Source of the DNA: Dictyostelium discoideum
Lineage: Eukaryota
NCBI GenBank assembly: GCA_000004695.1
Contig: CM000152.2
Location: 5,792,001 to 5,856,000, forward strand
DNA: 64,000 bases
Direction: 5' to 3'
Part shown: in pieces, positions 1 through 17,859 of the stretch
Layout: each line of letters begins with the position of its first letter
Position numbering within the stretch: the first letter of the stretch is position 1
Program-made: the position numbers and the translations under genes
The notes under the pieces: generated by a model
Databases searched by the model: none
Told to the model about the DNA's origin: nothing
Seen by the model: only the letters and a program-made list of their open reading frames with translations

Positions 1-758
1 AACAATAACAATAAAAAAAAAAAAAAATTGTAAAAATAATAAAATAAATCTCAATTAGATTGTTAACATTTTTTTTTTTCCTCTATTTTTAATCCTAAAA
101 TTGGAAAATTTTGGAAAATGATAAATAATTAGCCCTGTTGACTTTTTTTTTTTTTTATGAGTTTTAATACTTTTTATTTTATATTATTTTTATATTAGTG
201 CTACTTTTGTAAAATGTTTTATCATTTTTTCAATTTTATTTTTTTTTATTTTTTTTTTTATATATATATGTTTCTTTTAATATTTAAGTGATTAATAAAT
301 TACTGGTAGTTTTGTTGATGTCAATTTGGTGTAAATGAAATAAATCGACAAAAATAGAATAAAATTGTGCAATGCATCTTTTTTTTTTTTATTTTTTTTT
401 ATTTTTATTTTTATTTTTTCATTTTTTTATTTTTTTTTTTTTTAAAATTTTCAGTTGCCCCGATTTCAATTATGAATTTTTTTTTTTTTTTTTTTTTATT
501 AAAATTTTAATTAAATTTCTTTTTTTTATTACTTTTAATTTTTTTTTTAATTTTTTAATTCTCAAAATTTTTTTTTTTTTTTTTTTGTTTTTTTTTTTAA
601 TATAGTTATACGTAAATAATATAGCTACATTTCTTTTTTTTTTTTATTTTTATTTATTTTTTCTCATATAAAAAAAAAAAAAAAAAAAAAAAATATAACC
701 CAATCATCATACCCACACAAAAATAAAAAAATAAAAATAACACACCACACATATAAAA

Positions 759-1268
759 ATGAAAAAAAGAGTAACAATTAGATTTTATGTTAAAAAGAAA
801 TTAGAATATGGGCAAAGATTAAAAGTATGTGGATCAGTTAGAGGATTGGGTAGTTGGAATTCAAAATCTGCCATCCAAATGAATTGGACAGAGAATGATT
901 GGTGGACTGGTGAGTTTCAATTTGAAGCTACTTCAAATTTACCCAAAAACAACTTCAAATTAGAAACATCATCATATTATTTTAGAAATAAAAATCAATA
1001 TCATAATAATAATAATAATAACAACAACAATGAGGGTTTTATTGATCAACAACAAATTAATAATTTATTTTCAAATAGTAAAAAACAAAATCATTTACCA
1101 AAATCATCATCATCCTCATCATCATCATTCTCATCATCATCAATTTCATCATACACTGTAGAAGAGGATGATTATTTTGGTAATAATAATAATAATAATA
1201 ACAACTACAATAATCAAAGTGTAGACAATAATAGTTTCATGAATAATCAAATGTCATCATATGATGAA

Positions 1269-1326
<58 letters not shown>

Positions 1327-3128
1327 GTTATAATAATGGTTATAATAGTGATACATTAAATTATGGATGTGGTGATGGTAGTTCAAATAGTGTAAATTAT
1401 CAATTAAGTAATTCACAATCATTATCTCCATCACTTAAAGGTACATCACCACAATTGATCGAATTTGATTATAAATATATGTATGAATCTTATGATTGTC
1501 AATATTGGGAGAAAGGAGCAAATCATCGTGTTTCTTTTATGATGTGGTCAAATGATTTCTCAAATGAAGAAGAAGAAATTTATATTGAAATTAGAGATGA
1601 ATATGAAGGTGTATGTATAACAATATTTTTATATATATATATATATTATTTATTTACTAATAATAATAATTAATAGGGTAATGAAGTTTTCCCAACATTA
1701 GATTATAGATCATTAAGTAAAGTATCATCACCACCATTATATAGTTTGGATGAATTATCATTAATCGATAGTAATAGTAATATTAATAATAATAATACAA
1801 CATCAACACCATCATCATCAATAACAACTACAACATTAACATCAAATAATAGTAATGATGATTTGGTTGGATTACAATTTAAATATTCATTTTTACAACC
1901 ATTGGAATCACAAATTATACCAAGATTTCCAGCACAAATTTGTACATTTGTTGTGATGGATGAAGGTGATTCTGAATTTCATTCAGTGAATTTAGTTAGT
2001 CAATTCTTTGGTACCGATAGTCAGAAATCATTGAGAATGTATCCAGTGACAAGAGCAGGATCATCTAATACCATTTGGATAGGTCAAATCTATTCACCAC
2101 AACCAATGAAATTTGAATATCATTATGTTGTAACAAGTAGTAATAATCGTGGTATCTATTGGGAGAAAGAGAAACGTACATTTTCAACATCGAATTGTAA
2201 TGATAATTTGGTGATCAATAATGATGGTATGATAAAGTACTCCGATGTGTCTGATAGTTGGGTGAAGACTGGTTTCGTGGGTCTATTGGAACAGGATTAC
2301 AATTGTTCGATATCGTGTGTCGTTCAATTATTATATCATATAGTACCATTACGTAATATCATCAAGAATTTGGGTGGAAAGATTGGGTTCCCTTTCACCC
2401 AATGTTTGGCAAAGATTTTCACTTCAATGGAGATGGGATTCGGAACCACCGATATATCACCTCTACCCAATTCAATAGGGTCACAGGATTCTGCAGAGAT
2501 ATTGGATATCATTGTCAATGCTTTGATCGAGGAGATATCAAGAATTTCAAAGAATAATAATGATTACAGTTTGTCAATCGAGTGTTGTAAATTGTTTGAG
2601 GGTGAACAACAACATACCTACGTTTGTATCGATAAGGATGGTAGAATCAACTCTATGAAAACTAGTAATGAAAAGTTTGTAAATATCATATTACCAGTGA
2701 AAGGATTCAGTTCCTTGGAGGACTCGTTGGAGTTCTATAAACATAGTGAGGAGAAATCGGTGGTTGGCGATGGTAGCATCTATGAATCTATGAATGAGTT
2801 TGTAACGATTCCTGATATTTTAATATTCCAATTGGATCGTACAGATTATGAAAATAGAAAAACTATAAAGGTTTCAAATAATTTCAGTTTTCCAAAATCA
2901 TTAGATATCACTAGTCATAATGGTGATAGAGTTAAATTCAAAATAGTTGGTATCCTTTGTCATTCAGGTTCTGACTTTTATGGTGGTGGTCATTTCTTTT
3001 TATTCATTCATCAAAATAATAAATTTTATAAATTTGATGGTTCAAATGTTTCAATTTCAAATAATCAAGAAGCAATCATTAATAATTTTGGTGGTGATTC
3101 AAATCAAACTGCTTGTATGTATTATTAA
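759..3128 (+). CDS. CBM20 (starch/glycogen-binding) domain fused to a USP-type ubiquitin carboxyl-terminal hydrolase. Two exons: 759..1610 and 1677..3128, intron 1611..1676 (GTATGT...AATAG, 66 nt). About 767 aa.
   Basis: The N-terminus 'VTIRFYVKKKLEYGQRLKVCGSVRGLGSWN...AIQMNW...W...YKYMYESYDCQYWEKGANHRVSF' fits the CBM20 consensus (V.F.V..GQ.L.v.Gs..LGnW....a..M.w....W.....YKY.....WE.g.NR), interrupted by a poly-N/poly-S insertion. Exon 2 carries a USP Cys box 'GLLEQDYNCSISCVVQLL' (aligns to GLxNxGNTCYxNSxLQxL with the catalytic Cys retained), the 'IPDILIFQLDR' motif, and a His box 'GILCHSGSDFYGGGHFFLFIHQNNKFYKFDGSNV'. The reading frame is continuous across a 66-nt intron (exon 1 is 852 nt = 284 codons; 759 and 1677 are both 0 mod 3). 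The track ORF at 1746 begins with TTG, not ATG. Confidence 0.7.
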
Positions 3129-3938
3129 ATTATTATTTTTTTTTTTTTAAAAAAAAAAAAAGATATTAATATATATATTTTTATTTTACTTTTTTTTTAG
3201 ATGTTTTGATTTATCAAAAAATAAATCAATTAGATAGTTTTAATTAAATTGGGATAGATATTAATAATAAAAAAAAAATAAATAAAATCTTAAAAAAAAA
3301 AAGAAATAAAAATTTTTTTTTTATTTATTTATTTTTTTATATTTATTTTTAAATCAGAATTCATATTTAGATTAATAATATAATAATAATAATAGAAAAA
3401 AAAAAAAAAATAAAAAATAAAAAAAAAAATAAATTGGAAAAATAAAATTATTTTTAGTGGTATTCACTATTTTCATATCCATCAAAGATATTTTTTTTAT
3501 TTATTTTAATTTCTTTTTTTTTTTTTTTTTTTTTATTTTTTTGGGGTTAATGCACCTTAATTTCATTTTTTTTTTTTATTATTATTTTTTTTATCATAAA
3601 TGGTATACATTCATTAACTTTTTTTAATTTAATAAAATGAAAAATTTAAAATATTAAAAAATGTAAGTCATTTTTAGAATAAAATTTCAACATCTTTTTT
3701 TTTATTTTCTTTTTTTGTATAAAATATGTCTATTTTTATATCACATGTGTTTTATTTTATTTTCCAATAAAAATAAAAAAATAAAAATAAAAAAAAAAAA
3801 AAAAGTAAAAAAAAAAAAAAAAGTTAAAAAAAAAAAAAGAATAGTTTTCTAGAGAACAACACATATTTAATACAACCTCATACTACACACACAAAACACA
3901 CACATAATATTAACAAAAAAAAAAAAAAAAAAAAAAAA

Positions 3939-8480
<4,542 letters not shown>

Positions 8481-8685
8481 ATCTTATAATTATTATAATA
8501 AAATAAAAAAAATAAAAAAAATAAAAAAAATAAAAATAAAAAAAAATAATAAATAAATAAAAAATAAATAAATTATTTATTTATTTTTCATTATTTTTTT
8601 TAAATTATTTTTTTAATTTTTCAACACCACACACACATACAATTATTTGTAAATAAAAAAATAAAATTGAATAATAAAATAAACC

Positions 8686-9114
8686 ATGGTACAATTAAAT
8701 AAAGATAAATTAACAATTCAAATTATATCATTTAGAAATGTTATAATTTTTTCAGTTATTTTATTCATTGCAATTAATATTATACCAAAAGTTATAAATT
8801 TAATTATTAATATTTTTTATTTCACATTCAATATTATTTATTATTCTTTATACATTTTATTATGTATTTCAGTTATATTTGTATGGTTATACATTTTATG
8901 TGTATTAGAGGAATTATTTTATTGTTTTAGAGACACTTTTAAAACAATATCAAACTATCTAACAACATTTATAAAAAATAGTGTTTCAAATAATATAATT
9001 AATTATGACACTGATTTAGGTTATAAAGGACCATTTAAAAAAAATAATATAATCAATATTAACTTTTTAAAAATTAATAAAACTATTGAAAGAGAAATAA
9101 TAGTTATTGATTAA
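8686..9114 (+). CDS. Possible small multi-pass membrane protein of 142 aa; could equally be a chance ORF in AT-rich DNA.
   Basis: ATG at 8686. The translation has 3-4 hydrophobic helix-like stretches (FSVILFIAINIIP, YSLYILLCISVIFVWLYILCVL). It lies in the 1.1 kb gap between two convergent genes. I recognise no conserved domain. Confidence 0.2.
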   Translation: MVQLNKDKLTIQIISFRNVIIFSVILFIAINIIPKVINLIINIFYFTFNIIYYSLYILLCISVIFVWLYILCVLEELFYCFRDTFKTISNYLTTFIKNSVSNNIINYDTDLGYKGPFKKNNIININFLKINKTIEREIIVID

Positions 9115-9584
9115 AAATTTTAAAAATTAGAAAAAAGTAACAATTTTTAAACAAATAAAAAAAATAAAAAAAAAATAATATCCATTTTAAAAAATGCTAT
9201 GGTTGGGGGTGGTTAAAATTTAATTAAGGTATTATATACAAAATATTTTTATTATAATAATTTAAAAACTAATATATCCAAAAATTAATATTTTGCAGAA
9301 TTTCAAAATAATTGTAAAAAACAACTCAATTTTATTTAAATAACCAAAAAAAAGAAAGAACCAAATAAAATAATAAAAAAAGAAACAAATAAAATAATAA
9401 ATAAATATTCCAAAAAAAAATAAAAAATAAAAAATAAAAAATAAAAAATAAAAAATAAAAGCATTAAAAATTCTAATCTTAGTAATAAAAATTGTAATCC
9501 TCTTACAACTCTTTACTTTTTTTTTTTTTATTAATTTATTTGAGTCTTATCTTTTTTTTTTTTTTTTTTTTTAATATTACAATT

Positions 9585-11801
9585 TTAATACAAATGATTG
9601 TTACTATAATGGAAATAAATTTTAGAATTTTGATTATGGATATATAGGTCATTAATTGATTGTTTGAAACGATTAATAAAATAATTGAATAATTCTAAAT
9701 GATCATTATCAATAATCAAGGTAAATAATTCATTAATTTCGCTTGAATCTCTACTGAAATTAATTGACATAATTATTGAAAATTCATTATCCTTTTCAAA
9801 TAATAATTTAAAAATTGATAAATGGCCAACCCTTGCAGAACTTTTTAAACAATCAAATAATAGACCTTTAAATACAGTATCAAGTAAATAACAATCTACA
9901 TCATCGTTTTTTAAACCATAGTTTTCCATTTTATCATTTTTATAATTTTTCATTATTTTCACCAAAGAATCTGTGTCGCCAGATCTACCAATTTCTATCC
10001 AAACGAATTTTGAATTATTATTTTTAAAAAGTGATGAATTTTCTTCAAAATTAAATTTTTTAATATGATATAATAATTCAAAATAATGAATTTGAAATAA
10101 AATTAATCTTGGTGTTGATTTTTGTTGTTGTTGTTGTTGTTGTTGAAGTAAATTTTGTGTTGTAACTGATGTGTTGGTTGTGGTTGTTGTTGTTGTTGTC
10201 ATAAAATTTATAATTGTTGATAAAGAATCTAAATTTTTAGGATCTAAAACTATTAAGTCTGATCTATTCTCTAAAACCCAATCATATATTTTCAAGTGAA
10301 TTAGTGATAAACGTTTTAATTTAGAAGATGGTTGATAATGATTATAAGAAAATTCTGTATTTTCAATTATAAATTGTATATCTGATAAATTTGAATCATT
10401 TAAATTAATAATATCTGATGACCAACAATCCATTACAATTTTATCATATACATATTTAATATTATTATTATTGAGTATTAGTTGTTGTTGATTTTTTGAA
10501 ATTACAAATTTTGACATTTTTATTATATTATCTTTAATTAAATCATTTGATAAAGTGTAAGGATAAACTGAACCAGTTGTAAAATTTATAATTATATTTG
10601 ATGGTGTTAATTGTTCATATAATTCAATTAAGTCAATTCTACCAAGTTCCCATAAAATTGATATATTACAAAAGGAATCTGATGTTTCTATATTTGATTT
10701 AATAATCTTATTATAAATATATTTAAATACTTGTTTTGATTTAATAAATCTGTATATATTAAATATTTTAAAATTTTGGTGTTGATTCTTTTGTTGTTTC
10801 ATTAAAAGTATAATTAAATTATTATTTTCTAATTTATTAAATGCCAAGTCAAGTAATGAAATATCATCATTCTCAACCAATAAATTAAATAGTATAGTGA
10901 AAATTGATGCTTGAGAAACTATAATATAATCACATAATGAATTTACAAATTCAATTTTCAAATCTTGATTATTACAATATTTAAATAAAATATTAGGATA
11001 TTTAATAGATTTATAAATATTTGAAATTTCATTTTTAAATTTCATTACAATATCACATTTTTCATTATTTTCCATAATACTTGAAATTTTATTTAAAATA
11101 TAATTTAATAATTGCCAATTACCATATTCAATTGCATTTATACTAATTGAAATAATATCACTATTATTATTAGTATTATTAAAAATGAAATGATTTAATC
11201 TTTTCTCATCATTTATTGATAATAGATAACAAAGGCTATATTTTCCTGAAATTGAATAATAGGTTTCTAATAATTCTTTTAAATTTGAATCAATCACTAA
11301 TTCATTTTTAATTAATGATTTTAAGTTTTTACTAATTTTATAGTTATCCAATGTTTCAATTAATTTATCAAAATCCTGTTTTTGTTGAAGATCTTCTTGG
11401 TAAGAGTGGGTTAGACATTTTGGTTGCTCTTGTAATGATTGTAATAACCTAATTGAAATATAAGATTCAATTAAATTTTTTATTGTAAAATCATTTTGAA
11501 ATGGACATACTGAAAAATTCTCTTTAATTACATCACTGATATATTCTTTATAAAATTCACTATTGTTACAATTTCTTATTAAATAATTGATTATTTGATA
11601 TCTTTTTCTAAAATTAGTAGATCCATTAGTTATTGTTGTTGTTGTAGTTTCTGATGATAATTCAATCCAATATAAATCTGTTTTATTATTAAGTATTGAT
11701 GTTATTATTAATGATATTATTTTCAAATTTCCAACTTTAATCGATTCATTTACTATTTCTTTTTCATAACCAATCAACCATGATGGTAATTTTAAAGAAT
11801 A

Positions 11802-11900
<99 letters not shown>

Positions 11901-11911
11901 ATTATTATTAA

Positions 11912-11961
<50 letters not shown>

Positions 11962-12422
11962 CCAAAAATACTTAATAAAATTTTTAAACCAATAAAATTA
12001 TTACATTTTATTAAATCTATTATTAAATTTTTATAATTTATAAAATGATTATTATAATTATTGAATAATGATTTATAAATTAATTCTAATCTTTCAATTT
12101 CTTTTTTTTTATTATTTCTTTGATTTTCTTGATTTTTAAAATTATTTTTTAAATATTTAATATTAAAATTATTAAAAATTAATTGAAATGATGAAAAAGT
12201 TGGAAAAACTAAATAATCACCTCTTTTAATTTTATACTCCAATAAATTAAACCATTGATTATTTATTATATATTCTACATTTATAATTTGATCATATTTT
12301 AATGATCTAATTCTATTTGTTTTTAATAATTTTAATATTTTTAAAAATAAATATTTATTTTTTATTATTTTAAAAAATAATTTCTCATTTTTGATATTAT
12401 AATTTATAATTGTTTCTATCAT
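9585..12422 (-). CDS. Hypothetical protein of 945 aa, paralog of the 3939..8480 gene and of the gene at 63098.
   Basis: ATG at 12422 (plus-strand 'cat' at 12420-12422). The ORF is continuous, with an (AAT)n-encoded poly-N tract at 11812..11950. The N-terminus 'EKLFFKIIKNKYLFLKILKLLKTN' matches 'EKLFLKVFNNKYLVNEIINKIQN' of the 63098 gene and 'LWWLVFKNREINSRIFSF' of the 3939 gene. Confidence 0.7.
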
Positions 12423-12435
12423 AAATATTTATATA

Positions 12436-12486
<51 letters not shown>

Positions 12487-13819
12487 ATTATTATTATTAT
12501 TATTTATTTTTATATATACGTAATTTTATTTATTTATTTAATATATTAAATTTATTTATTTTTAATAATCCATTTTTAAAATGTAAAAATAGTTTTTGAT
12601 CTTTTTTTTTTTTTTTTTTCAGCACTATATGAGAAAATCCTAAAAAAAAAGTTTTTTCTTTGAAAATTTATCCTTTCCCAAAAAAATTTTTTATTCACAG
12701 TTTTGTGCGCAATGCACAATCATGCGATAAAAGAGATTGAGTATGAATTTCATCCATTTTAAGATTAACTCCCATTTCATTTTTTATTTCATTTTTTTAT
12801 TTTTTTTATTTTCTTTTAATTTAATTATTTTAAAAAAAAAATAAAAAATAAGAAAGAAAAAAAATAAAATAAAAATAAATATCCAAAAGTGAAAAAAAAA
12901 AAAAAAAAATAAAATTCAAAAACGGTGAAACGTCCTCGTGTAAAAAAAATAAAAAAAAAATAACCAAAAAAAATAAAAAAAAGAAAAAAAAAAAAAAAAG
13001 AAAATACACAAAATTTCTTTGGGTGTTAGTTTTTAAATAATTATTACAAATGGGGTTAATATTGGGTTTTATATAGAAATAAATAAATACCACAGTTTTC
13101 AATCGAATTTTTATTTTTAGTTATAAATTTTATAAAAAGTATAAATTTATAATTGCCAATCGGAAAATGTAACCACTTACTTTAAGATTACTTTAAAAAT
13201 AATCTTTATTATAATTATTATTTTTTTTTTTAAATACTCAAAGAGAAAAAAAAGAAAATAAAAAATAATAGTTGATTAATTAAATAAAAAAAAAAAATTA
13301 TAAAAATAATAATATTATAAAAAAAAAAAATAAAATAAAATAAAATAAAAATAAAAGACTTGTATTTTTTGTTTGTTTTTTTTTTTTTTTAATTAAACTT
13401 ATTTTTTTATTATTATAATTTAGAAAGTATTAAAAATCTATTTTTTAATTTTCGTTTTACTTCATTTTTTGACAAAAAAAAATTAAAAAAATTGTCAAAA
13501 GAAAATTCGAAATTTCCATTGGTTCTGTTCTACCAGCGACCATTCGCAAAAATCATTAAAAAAAAACAAAAAAATAAAATAAATTTTTAATTCTTTTTTT
13601 TTTTTTGGTGAGAAATTCACCTTTTTGTTTTAGTTTGGACAAAAAATAATATTTAATTAAAAAAAAAAAAAAGAAAAAAAAAAAAAAAAAAAAAAAAAAA
13701 TAGTCAAATCAATCAAAAGAAAAAAAAATAAATAAAAAAATAACACATATATACCCTTAAAAAATAAATATAAAAATATTTTAATATTAATAAAAAAGAA
13801 AAATAAAAAAAAAAAAAAG

Positions 13820-15271
13820 ATGGATAATTATAAATCATTTTCAAAAAATGCAAAGAAAATTTTAAATTCACCGATTTGTAATAATAAAATGCAAACTGCA
13901 CATTATACAGCAATGGAGAATTTATTTTGTCCAGAAACTAATAAAGATGGCTATATTAGTTTAGGGATTGCAGAAAATGTTTTATCATTTGATGTAATGA
14001 AAGATAAATTAAGTGTTGATCCAAATTTTTGTCAAAGATTAACTCAATATAGTGATATGGGTGGATTTAGAGATTGTCGTGAATCAATTGCAAATTTATT
14101 ACAAAATCATCTATTTAAGTATAAACCAATAAATAAACCTGAATTATTAGTTAATTATAAACAAATAATATTGGCAAATGGAGCAACACCATTATTAGAA
14201 AATATATTCAATATGTTTTGTGATCAAGATGAGGTTGCATTAATACCATCACCAATGTTTCCAAATTTTATTCCATTCGCAGGTCAAAGATTTGGTGTTA
14301 AAATCGTTGGTGTTAAAAGTGAAGTTTATAATCATGATAATACTAATAATAATAATGATAATAAAATAATTGATTTCGAATTAAATTTAGAAGAGTTTGA
14401 AAAACAATATCAACTTCATCCAGTTAAATTGGTTGTTTTATGTAATCCAAATAATCCAACTGGTTATATATTTTCAAAGAAACAAATTAAACAATTAGTT
14501 GATTGGTGTAGAAAAAAGAAAATTCATTTATTAAGTGATGAAATTTATGCACTTTCAATTTTTAATGGAAATTATTGTAGTGGTACAAGAGAAGATAATG
14601 AAGATGGTAATGGTAATGACGATAATGATGATGATATTTTTGAAAAAGATGGTGCAAATTTTGAAATACCAACAAATTCATTCTCAAGTATTTATGATAT
14701 ATGTAAAGGTGATATGGGAGAATATGTTCATTTAGTATCATCATTTTCAAAAGATTTCGGATTGAATGGATTTAGAGCTGGTTATTTTTTTTCACAAAAT
14801 CTAGATGTTCAAAGATATTTATTATCAACATCAAATTACTATTCTTGTAGTAACATCGTACAATCGGCATTAATTAATATAATAGAGGATAAGAAATACC
14901 TTTGCTCATTTATAAAAGAGAATCAAAAAAGGTTAACATCATCATATAATTTTGCAACTAAAACATTGGAACATTTTAATATACCCTATTTAAAATCATC
15001 TGCTGGTTTATTCATAACAATTGATCTTAGAAAATGTTTAAATAAATTACCATCATCATTAGAATTAAAAGATAATGATTGTCCATTTAAAAAAGAAATT
15101 CAATTATGGGAATTATTATTTGAAAATAAAGTTTTTTTAAATCCTGGAAAACTTTGTTACTTTGATGAACCTGGTTTTTATAGATTAATATTCACTTTAT
15201 CAAATGAATTTGTTTATAATGGAATTGAAAGAATTTCAAAAGTTTATAATCAATTATTATTAAATAATTAA
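13820..15271 (+). CDS. 1-aminocyclopropane-1-carboxylate (ACC) synthase-like PLP-dependent aminotransferase (class I/II fold), 483 aa, single exon.
   Basis: ATG at 13820. 'YISLGIAENVLSFDVM' corresponds to the ACS 'GLAENQLS' motif. 'LLANGATPLLENI', 'NPNNPTGYIFS', 'IHLLSDEIYALSIF' and the PLP-lysine region 'VSSFSKDFGLNGFRAGYFFS' (compare 'SLSKDMGLPGFRVGAIYS' in ACS) are all present. An internal D/N-rich insertion is typical of Dictyostelium. Confidence 0.8.
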   Translation: MDNYKSFSKNAKKILNSPICNNKMQTAHYTAMENLFCPETNKDGYISLGIAENVLSFDVMKDKLSVDPNFCQRLTQYSDMGGFRDCRESIANLLQNHLFKYKPINKPELLVNYKQIILANGATPLLENIFNMFCDQDEVALIPSPMFPNFIPFAGQRFGVKIVGVKSEVYNHDNTNNNNDNKIIDFELNLEEFEKQYQLHPVKLVVLCNPNNPTGYIFSKKQIKQLVDWCRKKKIHLLSDEIYALSIFNGNYCSGTREDNEDGNGNDDNDDDIFEKDGANFEIPTNSFSSIYDICKGDMGEYVHLVSSFSKDFGLNGFRAGYFFSQNLDVQRYLLSTSNYYSCSNIVQSALINIIEDKKYLCSFIKENQKRLTSSYNFATKTLEHFNIPYLKSSAGLFITIDLRKCLNKLPSSLELKDNDCPFKKEIQLWELLFENKVFLNPGKLCYFDEPGFYRLIFTLSNEFVYNGIERISKVYNQLLLNN

Positions 15272-15380
15272 AAAATAAATTTAATTTAAAGACTACTACT
15301 ACTAATACTACTATTTGTGTAAACACAATTTTTTTTTTTTTTTTTTTTTTTTTTTATTTGTTTATTTATTTATTTTATTT

Positions 15381-15434
15381 GTTTGTTTGTTTGTTTGTTT
15401 GTTTGTTTGTTTGTTTGTTTGTTTGTTTGTTTGT
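15381..15434. repeat. (GTTT)n microsatellite, about 13 units, in the convergent 3' intergenic region.
   Basis: Direct reading: gtttgtttgttt... from 15381 to 15434. Confidence 0.9.
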
Positions 15435-15532
15435 TGTTTTTGTTGTGTGTTTCTGTTTGTATTTGTATTTTATTCTTTTTTTTTTTTTTTTTTGTTTTTG
15501 TTTTGATTATTTTTTTTATTTTTTTTTATTTT

Positions 15533-17539
<2,007 letters not shown>

Positions 17540-17632
17540 CTTTGATTTTGATTTTTAATTTCTTGATTCTTTATTTATTTATTTATAAACATAATAAATA
17601 TATATATATAAAATATATATTGAACTTTTGAG

Positions 17633-17664
<32 letters not shown>

Positions 17665-17808
17665 TTTATTATTATTATTTTATGAATTTATTTTTTATTT
17701 TTATTATTTTTTTCACACAAAATAAATAAATAATGCATAAAAATATTTTTTATTATTAATATAAGAAAGAAATTATAAAAAAAGAAAAAAAAATATGGTG
17801 ACTTTTTT

Positions 17809-17859
<51 letters not shown>

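Noticed and set aside
372-605. Poly-F/poly-I/poly-L/poly-Y/poly-K 'ORFs' throughout the track (for example 372..605, 1237..1434, 2947..3150, 5048..5463, 7420..7731, 12830..13102, 15315..15568, 16153..16686, 30093..30326, 47121..47417, 50408..50650, 51504..51879, 59923..60276, 60572..61600, 61759..61995, 63118..63300)
   Set aside because: These are out-of-frame or antisense readings of A/T homopolymers and (AAT)n/(ATT)n/(CAA)n tracts. The translations are pure homopolymer low complexity with no domain content, and most overlap a real gene on the other strand or frame.
3630-3680. ATG followed by GTAAGT at 3661..3668 ('AAAAATGTAAGTCATTTTTAG') as a possible missing first exon of gene 3939..8480
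   Set aside because: The only upstream ATG (3637) hits an in-frame TAA at 3655 before the donor. An 'exon' consisting of ATG alone would need the intron to begin TA, not GT. This is a chance AT-rich match.
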